A DNA stretch of 55,253 nucleotides from a virus (Duplodnaviria; Caudoviricetes). The notes under the pieces were generated by a model, which had not been told where the DNA came from, ran no database searches, and saw only the letters and a program-made list of their open reading frames with translations. Position 1 is the stretch's first letter, and the number at the start of each line of letters is the position of its first letter. The stretch lies in IMG/VR virus record IMGVR_UViG_3300042923_001283, positions 1 through 55,253 of that record; one strand, 5' to 3'. Shown piece by piece: positions 28,801-38,511 of the stretch. The translations under genes and the position numbers were made by a program.

Positions 28801-29828
28801 GATGTACCGCCATCGGAACCTTTTAGTCCATTCTGTGCAAAAACGGCTAATGCTGTTGAGGTATCTTTAAATGTCATTCCCACGCTGCTGGCTACAGCAG
28901 AGACCATTGAGAGTCCGTATCTCATTTCATCAACAGAAGTAGCTGAAGCATTGGCAGCACCCGCTAAAACATCAGCAGCCTGTGAGACTGTTAAATTATC
29001 ATCCTTAAAAGCATTTAAGGCTGTAGAAGCAATTTCAGCCGCGGCAGCTAAGTCTAGTTCTCCAGCTGTTGCAAGTGATAGTGCTCCTTCTAATCCACCT
29101 GATAGAATATCTTCTACTCTTACACCCGCTTTTATTAATTCTTCAATTCCTTGCGCCGCTTCAGTAGCTGAATACTTGGTTTTCGCCCCCATTACTGTAG
29201 CTAATTCTTCAAGTGAGCCGCTGAATTCTTTTACTTCAGCAGGTGCCATAACCGATTTTACTGATGACATTTGAGATTCAAAATCCATTGCCTTCGAGAT
29301 GGCTAATCCCAATCCCGCTCCAATCGCTGCCGTTGCGACACCAAAAGAAGTAGCTATCCCTTGACCAGTATTTTGGAGGTTTCCTCCAACATCCTGCATT
29401 TTTTGACCAGTTGAATTTAAGGAGTCTTGAAGTCGATTCCATTTTGAGGATTGTTTATCGATTTGATCGGTAGTTTGTTTTAGTTGATTCTCGGTTTCCT
29501 TCATAGAGGCAACCGCTTTGTTGTAACGAATTAAGAGAAGTTCTGTTTCTTTAGCATCTTTCCCTTTTACAACTGTACTTTGCTCATATTCACGTTTAAG
29601 TTTATCTACTCTTGCACTTTGAAGGGTCAGTGAGTCATTTAGAAAATTTGATTTAGCCCTTAAACCTTCAAGGGAATTTTCAAATTCTTTATTTCCTGCT
29701 GACGATGCTTTGAATTCTGTCTGCAACCCTTTTAACTTTCGATTAATTTCCTGCATACTTTTGGAGAAATCAACCGCATTTAAGGACAAGTTTATTCGTA
29801 AGGCTCCTACTTCTGCCAGTTGAACCAC
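25836..29828 (-). CDS. Tape measure protein (TP901 family)
   Basis: 1330 aa; TKYSATEAAQGIEEL and GLKGSDGGTSLKTML motifs; Trp/Phe-periodic repeats. Confidence 0.95.
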   Translation of the reverse strand: MVQLAEVGALRINLSLNAVDFSKSMQEINRKLKGLQTEFKASSAGNKEFENSLEGLRAKSNFLNDSLTLQSARVDKLKREYEQSTVVKGKDAKETELLLIRYNKAVASMKETENQLKQTTDQIDKQSSKWNRLQDSLNSTGQKMQDVGGNLQNTGQGIATSFGVATAAIGAGLGLAISKAMDFESQMSSVKSVMAPAEVKEFSGSLEELATVMGAKTKYSATEAAQGIEELIKAGVRVEDILSGGLEGALSLATAGELDLAAAAEIASTALNAFKDDNLTVSQAADVLAGAANASATSVDEMRYGLSMVSAVASSVGMTFKDTSTALAVFAQNGLKGSDGGTSLKTMLMNLQPATDAQYDAFMDLGLMTYDVQKGMDVLRKNGVTPLGNDFDTVDSQLRALAAEIEGVKPGTAKAEKAFRELSGETGVIQSAFFDASGSIKDLNEISGLLQESMKGMTDAQRLATMETMFGSDAIRAANILFKEGADGVNYMASQMDKIKAADVAAEKMNNLKGNIEELKGSFETGLISLGNALLPLMDKMVAGFQGLVNWFNNLSPGMQKFIAIGAVVVTAFLGLVTAIGVILAVVGGAIAGFGALVGILPTLGAALTVITGPIGLIIAAIVALIAAGVAIWKNWDAIKGNSIEIWGALKEWFSSTLESIKQFFTATWDKIKSLSSQTWESIKQTATNIWNSIVKKVTAIITPFVNGAMNIFNEMKDGLGKIFDGYKQYFEGVWNLIKNIFLGAVLLIVDLVTGDFEGLKEDSKAIFENIKKALSDIWEGIKKIFSGAVEAIKGFVGGAWENIKSNAINVFNAVKKSISDIWEGIKTFFTTTLENIKTSVSDGLENMKKAIEEKMSAAKNKIEEIWEKAKKFLISIDLKQIGKDIIHGLIDGVTAMIDKVTEKVKSVGEGIKNTLRKVLDIHSPSKATFQIGEYAVDGLALGIEQNSQKVVNAVKKVAIGTKQAFESAFDFEKHLVDERKFYNKLSLTKELEMLELYAKRYREGTEEREYYEREIYRVKKEINDQLTSINEQYANKISETNQRLFDEEKRLTGEYTKAVEDRTKSLYSFTGIFDEVTKKSDISGSKLIENLKSQVDTFSEWSTNIKALAAKGIDEGLISELKAMGPSAAAEIAALNSLADSELQQYANLWKEKNALARSEAEKELEGLKLDTTKKISELRIQTQNDLEIYKNEWLVKIQEIRTGISDKLDMRDTLTLIGKNSIQGLLDGMSSMIGPIVDEANKIAEAISKTIQESLSIHLPFSGLNDEIGRRLPPRLGNGQITNQSSNTSNVYVQPGAVTIPVSDLSELNSVVDFFDRLSQTAKAGVIK

Positions 29829-29831
29829 CTC

Positions 29832-30005
29832 CTACAACACATGGTCTATAAACCCAATAGGTTCCTCTGGACCCTCACTAAAAAGCTCAAAATAAAAATG
29901 AATGTCCATCTCATCGATATCGTTGAGCGTCCATCCATCTTTTAGTAGTCCTCTGTATAGGTCTTTAATACTTTCATAAGGGTCTTTTAAGAGTTTGGGT
30001 TTTTT
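29832..30005 (-). CDS. Tail assembly chaperone extension (gpGT-like) via -1 frameshift
   Basis: Slippery A AAA AAC at 29999-30005; the -1 frame reads KPKLLKDPYESIKDLYRGLLKDGWTLNDIDEMDIHFYFELF...*. Confidence 0.75.
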   Translation of the reverse strand, partial: KKPKLLKDPYESIKDLYRGLLKDGWTLNDIDEMDIHFYFELFSEGPEEPIGFIDHVL

Positions 30006-30280
30006 GATTCACCGCTTGCCTTCCCTGCTACATTTTCCATAACGTTTTGTATAGTTGGAACCATGTCCCCCACTTCAATCCCGTCATAGAAATTGTCTCG
30101 GGAAAACTGACCATTAAAAACTTCACATACATAATCGACTAATCCATCTAAATCCTCTTCACTGAGCTTGCTGAAATCCATTTTTTTGTTAATTTCTAAA
30201 GCTCGTCTTAGCATACGTCCTTTTACAAAAAGGTTTTTAAAGGTTTTTTCTTTATCATTAATTAATAATTTGATTTCCAT
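29987..30280 (-). CDS. Tail assembly chaperone (gpG-like)
   Basis: Between the major tail gene and the TMP; VFNGQFS motif. Confidence 0.85.
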   Translation of the reverse strand: MEIKLLINDKEKTFKNLFVKGRMLRRALEINKKMDFSKLSEEDLDGLVDYVCEVFNGQFSRDNFYDGIEVGDMVPTIQNVMENVAGKASGESKNPNS

Positions 30281-30328
30281 TTGGGTCCTCCTAAAAAAAT
30301 AGAGCAGCCAAAGAGGCTGCCCATTCTA

Positions 30329-31207
30329 TTATGCTGTTGTGAAATTTACGACGCAGTTTTGAGCCAGGGCATTTCCTGAAAGATCTTTGACGTTTGTAGT
30401 GGCCACTGCAATATAAGCTGTAGCAGCTGTAAGGTTCGCAGTAGGATCCAATGTGACAATCGTTCTAGTTGCATCGATGGAAAGGTTGGAAGCAACTAAG
30501 GTACCATCTGTTGCCTTAAATAACATAAAGTTTGCGTTGTTCACCGCTTGTTCCTGGATATGTTCACTGAAAGTAAAGACTACGTTCGCACCGACAGCTA
30601 CAGTAGTTGCAGCGTCAACTGGCACTGTAGTAACAGTTGGAGGAGTTGTATCTGCAGTTACTGAAACTACATTATTAAACCAGGTACTCGCGCCTGTAAA
30701 TCCTGCCTCGTCCTCGTCCCCGTTAATTTCCCATGCTTGGTCAAAATCTCTCTTAACGAAAATGCCTTTGATTTTGGCCGTTTGGTAAGTCGGCTTATCT
30801 TCCATCGTTTTATGCTCTCTTTCAGGTAACTGAAACTTCCCTTTATAAAGCCAAACGAATCGATACTTCCCGTTGGATTTTTTACTTCTAAACCCAAGCG
30901 CCACATAAGGGGCTGAATCCGTTGCCTTTTTGACTAACATTCCATTTGAAACTGCATGTCCAAGAAGAGCTGCTTGGTGTGAAAAAGGAAGGTCCTTTGC
31001 CTCAAATTCTACTTCAATTTCCCCAAGTGTTGTCATGGTCTCTGATGCACCGTCATCTGCGTATAAAGTATCAATGCTACTCTTTGGTGAAATCTTTGCA
31101 TTAATCGCGCCAATCACTTTGACAGGTCCTTGATAATTCACACCTGTTGAATCATCCTTAGTCAGAATGGCATAGTATAAATCACTTAATCCCACTTGTA
31201 CTGGCAT
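30329..31207 (-). CDS. Major tail protein (phi13-like) with C-terminal Ig-like domain
   Basis: LYADD, APYVALGFRSKKSNGKYRFVWLYKGKF; DTTPPTV...FSE Ig-like tail. Confidence 0.92.
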   Translation of the reverse strand: MPVQVGLSDLYYAILTKDDSTGVNYQGPVKVIGAINAKISPKSSIDTLYADDGASETMTTLGEIEVEFEAKDLPFSHQAALLGHAVSNGMLVKKATDSAPYVALGFRSKKSNGKYRFVWLYKGKFQLPEREHKTMEDKPTYQTAKIKGIFVKRDFDQAWEINGDEDEAGFTGASTWFNNVVSVTADTTPPTVTTVPVDAATTVAVGANVVFTFSEHIQEQAVNNANFMLFKATDGTLVASNLSIDATRTIVTLDPTANLTAATAYIAVATTNVKDLSGNALAQNCVVNFTTA

Positions 31208-31210
31208 TTA

Positions 31211-31540
31211 TTACGCCTCCTCTACAAAATTAAATCGGAGCACCTTATGGTAAACCTTGGTGTCCAACTCATATAATTCGGTCTCAAATGTTCGTTTGAA
31301 ACCTACTATTTTTAATTCAGTTTTCACTTGTCTTACTAATTCGGTATAGTCACTTTTTGAAAATATGTTAATCTGGATAGAATGGTTAGATTGGAGTTCT
31401 TCATCATCCGCATGTACAGCAGGTGTTTGACTAAATTCAAAGAAAGTAATGAATGTTCCAGCACTTCCAGTGTACTCTTGAAAAGATACTTGCACATTAA
31501 GATGCTTCAAAGTATTGATGATTAAGGCATTTAAACTCAT
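31211..31540 (-). CDS. Tail terminator/completion protein
   Basis: Synteny; GFKR...YE.DT..YHK motif. Confidence 0.75.
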   Translation of the reverse strand: MSLNALIINTLKHLNVQVSFQEYTGSAGTFITFFEFSQTPAVHADDEELQSNHSIQINIFSKSDYTELVRQVKTELKIVGFKRTFETELYELDTKVYHKVLRFNFVEEA

Positions 31541-31896
31541 AATCTTAATCCTCTTTTAATTACATCAGCCATTTTGTCCTGGATAGTTGCCTTATTCCCT
31601 TCGAGCGCTGGACCCATAAAAGGCTGTGCCTTTGCTTTGGAAGTACCAAACTCCAAGAAATGTCCATAAAAAGCAGAACCTTGTTGGTCAGGACCCACAT
31701 CAATAATGCCATTCTTAACATCAGACACGACAATATTAACTTTTAACTTTCCCGTTAATACTGGAACGGTTTCCTCAATTTTTTCTTTAAGGAATTCAGC
31801 CCCTGCTTGAAGAGCCTGCTCTTCAAGTTGAGCTCCAACATCTTGTCCCATTCTCTCTACTTGTCTTAATAATTCATCCATACCTTCTAATTTCAT
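31537..31896 (-). CDS. HK97-gp10 family neck protein
   Basis: FYGHFLEFGTSK..AQPFMGPA. Confidence 0.9.
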   Translation of the reverse strand: MKLEGMDELLRQVERMGQDVGAQLEEQALQAGAEFLKEKIEETVPVLTGKLKVNIVVSDVKNGIIDVGPDQQGSAFYGHFLEFGTSKAKAQPFMGPALEGNKATIQDKMADVIKRGLRL

Positions 31897-31923
31897 AAGA
31901 TTACTCCTTTCAATATAGAAAGG

Positions 31924-32241
31924 TTATTGAGGTTTGTTAGGGGTCTCTTCATGTGATTGGCAAATAAGTTCTAACCATTGCCCTTTTTCATAGGTCCTAA
32001 CAACTTGATAGAGTTTGTTGTTATATTCAACAAAATTTTCTGCACTATATTCTAACAACCGTATTTCAAACATTAATGCTAGTTGAAATCCTTGTTGGGA
32101 AGCGATATAAAATTCCTTACTTTGAATGCTTTTTTTATTTGCAAAAACAGTTTTCCTTGAAATCTCATTTTTAACGGAGAAACCATTATCATTTGTGTCA
32201 TTTTCCATTTCAATTAGATTGATAACATTATCGAGTCTCAT
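31924..32241 (-). CDS. Head closure (head-tail adaptor) protein
   Basis: VFANKKSI..KEFY motif; synteny. Confidence 0.85.
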   Translation of the reverse strand: MRLDNVINLIEMENDTNDNGFSVKNEISRKTVFANKKSIQSKEFYIASQQGFQLALMFEIRLLEYSAENFVEYNNKLYQVVRTYEKGQWLELICQSHEETPNKPQ

Positions 32242-32253
32242 GACCGCACCAAA

Positions 32254-32526
32254 TTAATACGTCAACTGAGTCAATAGTGTGATAAATGCCGGAGAAAATC
32301 TCACTTCTCCGCTTTTTAATTCCCATAGATCTCCTACCCCCATAACAATTACACCAACTGCTAAATCGTCTATATCCTCATTCATAATTTGTTCTGGTAC
32401 GCCTGCCCTTTTCATGAAAGACTTAACCGTTAATATTTTTTGAGTGAGGGTCCCATCAAAAGCATTAGTTGATAAAGGGATATCCAGTCCTTTTTTACAT
32501 TCAATTAGCAGTTCTTTACTTGTCAT
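32254..32526 (-). CDS. Head-tail connector (gp6-like)
   Basis: Synteny after the capsid gene, 90 aa. Confidence 0.75.
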   Translation of the reverse strand: MTSKELLIECKKGLDIPLSTNAFDGTLTQKILTVKSFMKRAGVPEQIMNEDIDDLAVGVIVMGVGDLWELKSGEVRFSPAFITLLTQLTY

Positions 32527-32587
32527 GATTTAATTCACCGCCCAAAACAAAAGGTGAGGAAATAGCCCCTCACCACATAAATGTTAA

Positions 32588-33853
32588 TTAAGCACCTTTT
32601 TTAACGATGACGACTCCGTTAGGATCGATTAGCTTACCATCGGCGATGAGTACCGCTTTGTCCACCCACTCATTCGTGTCATGGTCAAAATAACGGAACA
32701 TAGTCATTTGCATATTACTGTTGAATCCATAGTTTTTAAGGTCAACATAAACCGCTACAACATCGCCCACCGCTGCATCATCGTATGGTGCGATAATATC
32801 ATCTTCCACTTGAATAACTTCTTTACCTCCGAATCGCTCTTGAGGTCCATTAGTAATTCCGTAGTTCACGCGTCCGATTGGTTGGCCGTGTCCATCTACC
32901 ATGCCGTCAATATAACCTTCAAATGTTCCTGATGCCATTAAGAAAGCAGCTCCCGCTTTATAGCTAAGTGGCATTTTTGCAAACACTTTTTTCTTCCATG
33001 AAGCCCAGTTAGCAAAATCGGCAGAAGACAACGTGACAATTTGTGCAGCTGGTACTCGAGTATCTGCCGTAATTCCTAATGCCTTACCTGTTCCATTACC
33101 TTTAAGGATGGCAAAATCTAAAGCTTTAACTATCGCTTCAACGATTAAATCAACAAGAGTATTTTCAAATCCAGCAAGAGAAACCGTATCTGCTAATAAA
33201 GATGTAGACACCTTACACTCTAAACCGTAATAGCTAAACGCAATATTCGTATTCGCTTGAACCTTTTGCTTATCGGAAACAGTCGTCTCACCAATCCAAG
33301 TAGCAACAGGCTTTAGTGATAAAATCGGGATTGTTAATCCACCTTTTACATTTAGCTTTCTTACACGATTAAACACTTGGCCATATGCTGTAACCTTTCT
33401 GATTACCTCGTTAAGAATAGTGGTTGGTACGACTGCTGAAATATCTCCAGTTGAAGTTGTAGCATTTGCACGAAGCTCAGGCATGATTTCACCCGTCTGT
33501 GCAAATCTCATGAATGCTTTGCGATATTCTAAAGAACTGAAACGATCTTCAGGTTCTTCAGAACGCTGTTGCTGTTGTTGATTACCTAAACCAAAAGTAC
33601 CAAGTGGATTAAGTTGCCCTGGAGGAGTTGATCTCTGTTCTCCTGCACCAGGAATAGGTGCTGCTGGTTGATTGTCATCTGGCATTACATCAATAATCCC
33701 TCGAAGCTCCGTGATTTCAGTATTTAACCCATCAAGTTCCGTGTTGATTGAACGTAATTCTGTGATGTCCTCTGTAGCAGCTGATCTAGTACCAAGTTCC
33801 GCTTTTCTTGCTTCCTTTTTTGCAAGAAGAGCCATTAATTTCTTTTTATTCAT
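32588..33853 (-). CDS. Major capsid protein, HK97 fold
   Basis: N-terminal coiled-coil delta domain, VPTTI, AILKGNGTGKALGI. Confidence 0.95.
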   Translation of the reverse strand: MNKKKLMALLAKKEARKAELGTRSAATEDITELRSINTELDGLNTEITELRGIIDVMPDDNQPAAPIPGAGEQRSTPPGQLNPLGTFGLGNQQQQQRSEEPEDRFSSLEYRKAFMRFAQTGEIMPELRANATTSTGDISAVVPTTILNEVIRKVTAYGQVFNRVRKLNVKGGLTIPILSLKPVATWIGETTVSDKQKVQANTNIAFSYYGLECKVSTSLLADTVSLAGFENTLVDLIVEAIVKALDFAILKGNGTGKALGITADTRVPAAQIVTLSSADFANWASWKKKVFAKMPLSYKAGAAFLMASGTFEGYIDGMVDGHGQPIGRVNYGITNGPQERFGGKEVIQVEDDIIAPYDDAAVGDVVAVYVDLKNYGFNSNMQMTMFRYFDHDTNEWVDKAVLIADGKLIDPNGVVIVKKGA

Positions 33854-33859
33854 CCTCTA

Positions 33860-34510
33860 TCACCCTTTTAGTAAAATTTGATTTCTTAGTTTTATTACTT
33901 CAAGCTCGTTTGAATTATCCAATTCACTAGACCTAACATTCTCCAATGTTAGTTTGGCATTATCCAATGCCTGTTTATCTCGAGCATGTATATCAGTCCC
34001 GGTATAAGCCGGAAACGTGACAGCAGAAACTTCAATTACCTTTTTAATTTTTTGAATGCGCCTAGTAGGCATATCGCTATCCAGGTCTTCCCACTTCTCT
34101 TCTTGAACATAAAAAATAAAGCTCATGCCATCCAGGTCTCCCCGTTTTACGGATGAATACAAGCTTTTTGCTTCGGAATTATTCTCAATGTCAAGACTTG
34201 CCTTAATAAGCAATCCTGTTTGATCAATGTTTAATTGCAATGTTGAATTGACGTTATTACGGCGGCTTCGGGCTAGGGGTATTTTGCGTAAATCGTGATT
34301 CGTACTAAATAAAACATCATCAAAGTCAGTACCATCAAAAGCGCCACGCTCAATAACTTCATAAAACCATCCACCAATACTTGTTCTTTGCTCAAATACA
34401 GCTGCATGACCTTCGATTGTTCCCTCATCTTCACTTGCCCTAATATCTGGCATGGTAAAACTACGAACAACCTTATCGTCTTTCAAAGGCAAATTTTTAT
34501 TTTTCCCCAT
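33860..34510 (-). CDS. HK97-family prohead protease
   Basis: IEGHAAVF, NHD, GMSF, EVSAVTFPAY. Confidence 0.95.
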   Translation of the reverse strand: MGKNKNLPLKDDKVVRSFTMPDIRASEDEGTIEGHAAVFEQRTSIGGWFYEVIERGAFDGTDFDDVLFSTNHDLRKIPLARSRRNNVNSTLQLNIDQTGLLIKASLDIENNSEAKSLYSSVKRGDLDGMSFIFYVQEEKWEDLDSDMPTRRIQKIKKVIEVSAVTFPAYTGTDIHARDKQALDNAKLTLENVRSSELDNSNELEVIKLRNQILLKG

Positions 34511-35753
34511 TATTGGTTCCCTCCGTTCCTTTTGCTCCTGCTCTTTTCATCTGGTAGTCGTTAGCTAAAGAGACATCGATGTAATTCAAACTCATATTAC
34601 GAACATCTCCTCCCTCGTATGGAGGATAGCCAAACAAATTGAGCAATTGATTATTTGTTAAAGCCCCTCGATTTCCAAGAATATCGGCAACTGCAATTTT
34701 GTTTTTTGTGTTCGTAAATAATAACATTTGAGGATAGAAGACTATTTCATTACCAACATCTAACTCTCTTGAAGTAAATGTTGTTTTACTGAAAGCTTGT
34801 CCTAAACTAATGATGATTGGCTCCAACGTTTTTTCGTAGAAAGCCTGGTACTGCTCGTCGGTAAAATCACCACTTAATATGGGGGATGAAACACCGTAAT
34901 AGTTTAGGATCCTGTCTTGAATAAATTTCATGGTGTCCTTATCAATCACTTTTGGATTTACTTGGATATTCTGAAATTCATTTTTTAAATCCAACGCCAT
35001 AATTCCAGTTTCATTGTTCCTCATTGCAGTTTCAAAACGCTGTCTTTCGGCTTGCTGCTTATCGTCATCAAGCATGGTATTTATCTTTACAATACCTCTA
35101 ATTGCCAAGCTTGCCCTTATTGCTCCATCCAATCCATTCAAAACTGTGTTATCTGTTTCTAGTATTTTTAGGATGGCTGAATTGTCGGCTTGCCCGTTTA
35201 ATCCACCGCCCATAATGTCATTAGTCGAAAATCTTTTCCGCAGATGAATAATATCTGAATAAGGCATGGTATAGTCGCTACCGTTAGAGAATTGAAATTT
35301 CACATACATTTTCCCGCTTTCATCTTGTAAAAAAGAAACCATAGTGGGGTTTAAAGGGTAAAATCCTGTATATTCTCTACGGGTATTTCCGTAAGCATCC
35401 TTAATTATGTCATACGAGGGGTAAATAAAAACGTTTAGGTTTTTGTAAAGCAGCCAAACGATTTTTTCAATGAAATCCCTCGTCGTCATTAACTCATTGG
35501 GAGCAAACTTAAAAAGACGGTTCAAGCTACTTTTGACGTTTAACTGCATTCCGTTGTTATCGGTCCTAATATGTTTGGGTTGTAATTTACTTAATTCCGT
35601 AGCAATGCAATCTACACATGCTTGAACAATATCTGATGCGTAAACATCCTGTCCAAACTGACTAAAAATCGGTATATAGCCGTTCAACATTTGAGCATGT
35701 TTCATATTCTCATCTTTACGAAAAAAATTTTTTATAGAACCCATTAGTGCCAT
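34497..35753 (-). CDS. HK97-family portal protein
   Basis: PNELMT..DF and DIIHLR motifs; synteny. Confidence 0.95.
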   Translation of the reverse strand: MALMGSIKNFFRKDENMKHAQMLNGYIPIFSQFGQDVYASDIVQACVDCIATELSKLQPKHIRTDNNGMQLNVKSSLNRLFKFAPNELMTTRDFIEKIVWLLYKNLNVFIYPSYDIIKDAYGNTRREYTGFYPLNPTMVSFLQDESGKMYVKFQFSNGSDYTMPYSDIIHLRKRFSTNDIMGGGLNGQADNSAILKILETDNTVLNGLDGAIRASLAIRGIVKINTMLDDDKQQAERQRFETAMRNNETGIMALDLKNEFQNIQVNPKVIDKDTMKFIQDRILNYYGVSSPILSGDFTDEQYQAFYEKTLEPIIISLGQAFSKTTFTSRELDVGNEIVFYPQMLLFTNTKNKIAVADILGNRGALTNNQLLNLFGYPPYEGGDVRNMSLNYIDVSLANDYQMKRAGAKGTEGTNNGEK

Positions 35754-35757
35754 TCAA

Positions 35758-37503
35758 TCACCTCCCAACTAGCGAAAGAAACTCAGTTCGATTATCGATG
35801 TATACCCGATAACCAATGATCATCGTTACAGCGCCGTCTATTTTCTTATCTTCTTTACCCTGGACTTTGATTGGCATGATTTCCGCTTTGGAGTTGAAAT
35901 TTAAAGCTGTGTTCTCCAAACACCACTTATCGATTGGATTGTTATTATAGTTTATGAGGTCGCTTTTCAAATCCGCTTCTACCAGTTTCATAGGCTCTGA
36001 CATACTTCCCCACTCTTGATTAACCCTTACACAATCGAATCCGTAGCTTTCCATTTCTTTTACCCAATAGATAGCTGACCATTTATCGTAGCCTACTTTA
36101 AAAAATCGAATACCATAGTCTTTGTACAATCTTACAAACCAAGCTGTTACTAAACTAAAATCATTTTCGTTTCCTGGTGAAACGGTAATCAAATCCTGAC
36201 GGATCCACTCCAAGAACTTTTCTCTATCATCTTTGGATAAATCATCAAGCTTTGTTTCAGGAATAAAATACTTTTGAAGCATATATTTTTTCTGACTACC
36301 CGGTTTCATCAAGATGGCTTTTGCACTTGCCAAGTCACCAGACTTCGATAAGTCCACTGATCCAATGGCAAAACAATTTCGGAAATCTTCAACATCGAAC
36401 GTTTCTTCATTCTTGATATCTTCAGGCGTTAGCCATGCGGAAGCATTGTTTTGTTTGATATTGAAATCCTTAGATAGAACGAAAACACGCATGGACTTAC
36501 TCGTTTTTGCCTCTTCAATCATCTTTTTGAGGAAACTCCGTTTTTTAATGACACCGATACCAGGATTCGATTTAGCCCATGATTTTTCATCCTGCCAAAC
36601 CTCTTGTTCACTATCCTGTGTGTACAACCAAATTAGCCAACGTGGACGCTCGAGTTCACCATTTAAAACTTGTCTAGCTTCTCGTATCCTCTCGTCCAGG
36701 TAACCATCATTTATAACACCTTCAGTTGTAAGTTCAATATATAAAGGCTCATCCTGAGTTGATACCGCTTGTCGGATAGGCATTGTTGATGTGTTGTCTT
36801 TCAACTCATGTACTTCATCGACCGCACCAACTTTGATATTTTTCCCCTCTTTAGCACCTGTTTTTGCGGAGATTTTTTTAATAGTCCCTTTATTTTTATA
36901 ACTGAACTTCCCTGTCTTTTTGGGCTTTTTAGGGTTACCAAAGAAAATACCTTTGATATTGTTTCGAGTGACATTAGAAAGTGTTTTACTTTCTTCTCGC
37001 ATCGAATTAATAGCTTGGAACATTAAGTCTGCTTGCTCATAATCATTACTGGAGCAAAGGATCCTTGTTCCCATTTCCCCACAAAAAAACTCAGCTAGAC
37101 ATTCTGCTGAGATAAGTGGAGTTTTTCCGTTTTTTCTGGCTACTAAGAAGATCACGTCTTGATACAACCTAACCCATCTGCCTATTTCTTCATCGAAAAC
37201 CTTAAACATATAAGTCGCTTCAATGAATGCTTTTTGAAACAACATCAAAAGAAAAGGCTTCCCAGCAAAAGGAGCCTCAAAATGTTTACATTCTTTTTCG
37301 ATGAAATTAATGCGCTTGTGGCCATCCTCAAAGTCGATATTGATATCGGGATTTTCGAAATGGCTAAGCAGAACTTCAAACATTTGCATGAGTTCTTGAC
37401 CGATAATGATATCACCAGACTTACATTTCCCAATGTATTCTAATAAAAATGAGTGAGTACCTTGATATTCATAAGGTGAATTTAAAGGGTGAACGGGAAT
37501 CAT
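35758..37503 (-). CDS. terL: Terminase large subunit (cos-type, Terminase_1)
   Basis: ARKNGKT, DEVHE, KSNP, DLS, KIDG motifs. Confidence 0.95.
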   Translation of the reverse strand: MIPVHPLNSPYEYQGTHSFLLEYIGKCKSGDIIIGQELMQMFEVLLSHFENPDINIDFEDGHKRINFIEKECKHFEAPFAGKPFLLMLFQKAFIEATYMFKVFDEEIGRWVRLYQDVIFLVARKNGKTPLISAECLAEFFCGEMGTRILCSSNDYEQADLMFQAINSMREESKTLSNVTRNNIKGIFFGNPKKPKKTGKFSYKNKGTIKKISAKTGAKEGKNIKVGAVDEVHELKDNTSTMPIRQAVSTQDEPLYIELTTEGVINDGYLDERIREARQVLNGELERPRWLIWLYTQDSEQEVWQDEKSWAKSNPGIGVIKKRSFLKKMIEEAKTSKSMRVFVLSKDFNIKQNNASAWLTPEDIKNEETFDVEDFRNCFAIGSVDLSKSGDLASAKAILMKPGSQKKYMLQKYFIPETKLDDLSKDDREKFLEWIRQDLITVSPGNENDFSLVTAWFVRLYKDYGIRFFKVGYDKWSAIYWVKEMESYGFDCVRVNQEWGSMSEPMKLVEADLKSDLINYNNNPIDKWCLENTALNFNSKAEIMPIKVQGKEDKKIDGAVTMIIGYRVYIDNRTEFLSLVGR

Positions 37504-37826
37504 TCGTAGTCACTCAGTTCATCTTCATCCACAAGAATATTCTTGTTTAACACACCATTTAATGTTTTGATCACAACAGCATAGCTATTAATGTTTTTTA
37601 AATACTGTTTACCTGTCTCAATTGGCTTTTGAAGGTCAGGATGATCAGGATGTATTTTTACCATGCCTGTTTTCGAAATGGCCTCTTTAAGAACGTGGTT
37701 TTCAGCCTTTAAGAATGCAGCATCTTCAACAAGTCCTTCAACTAGCAGCCTTTTCGAGTCCTCAACATCTTTAAAAATCTCGGTCAATTTCGCCAGTTCT
37801 TGTTGATACACGGCACTTTTTGACAT
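37500..37826 (-). CDS. Terminase small subunit
   Basis: Overlaps the terL start; 108 aa. Confidence 0.75.
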   Translation of the reverse strand: MSKSAVYQQELAKLTEIFKDVEDSKRLLVEGLVEDAAFLKAENHVLKEAISKTGMVKIHPDHPDLQKPIETGKQYLKNINSYAVVIKTLNGVLNKNILVDEDELSDYE

Positions 37827-37854
37827 ATTTCAAAATACCTCCAGCAAAATTCAA

Positions 37855-37931
37855 AATTTAAGGCATGTGTGGAAATCGAGGTCCCCCCACGGTCCCCGTG
37901 GGTTTTTCCAGTGAATTTTAATGGGGGGGCA
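37855..37931 (-). other. Probable cos region
   Basis: GC-rich CCCCCC...GGGGACCGTGGGGGG tract in the non-coding gap before terS, downstream of the HNH gene. Confidence 0.5.
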
Positions 37932-38189
37932 CTACCTGTACACTCTTGTAAATTCAATGTTCAACACTGCTAAAGTCGCTTCAGCTAATCCAGTTGGATT
38001 CTCTGATCCTTTTGCAATAGCTTCAAGAACATCTTTAAACAACTTATCTTGTTCAACATGCGCTTTCTCGCTGGCAACAACAGGATGTTCTTCCTGAACG
38101 ATTTGCTGAATCAGTTCCACTCTTTCAGATACTTTCTCAATAGTTAATTCCACTTCTGTAGTTACCTCTTGCGCTTTTGTCTGCTTCAT
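37932..38189 (-). CDS. Hypothetical phage protein
   Basis: 85-aa ORF, RBS AGGAG. Confidence 0.7.
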   Translation of the reverse strand: MKQTKAQEVTTEVELTIEKVSERVELIQQIVQEEHPVVASEKAHVEQDKLFKDVLEAIAKGSENPTGLAEATLAVLNIEFTRVYR

Positions 38190-38201
38190 AACGACACTCC
38201 T

Positions 38202-38501
38202 TTAGTTATCTAGTTTGGTTCTCAAGTTATCCATCTCCAACTTGTTATACCTCACCAATTCATCTTTACGATCAATTAATTTCTGTAGCTTACTGACATT
38301 TGGATTTGTCATTATCTTTGCAAAGAGTTCTTGTATCTTCCCTTGTCTAGCCCTTATCTTTGCATCGGTGTAATAGGACTTGAACTCATGATGGCAATGC
38401 GGGCAGCTGAAGAACGCAAGATGAATGTCTCGCTCGACTACTTTCGATTCCAATTGCAATTCAAATTCTTTTTCACAGTTATCACACGTTAATTGATTCA
38501 T
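38202..38501 (-). CDS. Zinc-binding hypothetical phage protein
   Basis: CDNC...CPHC; likely start MNQLTC. Confidence 0.7.
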   Translation of the reverse strand: MNQLTCDNCEKEFELQLESKVVERDIHLAFFSCPHCHHEFKSYYTDAKIRARQGKIQELFAKIMTNPNVSKLQKLIDRKDELVRYNKLEMDNLRTKLDN

Positions 38502-38511
38502 ACTCCACACC

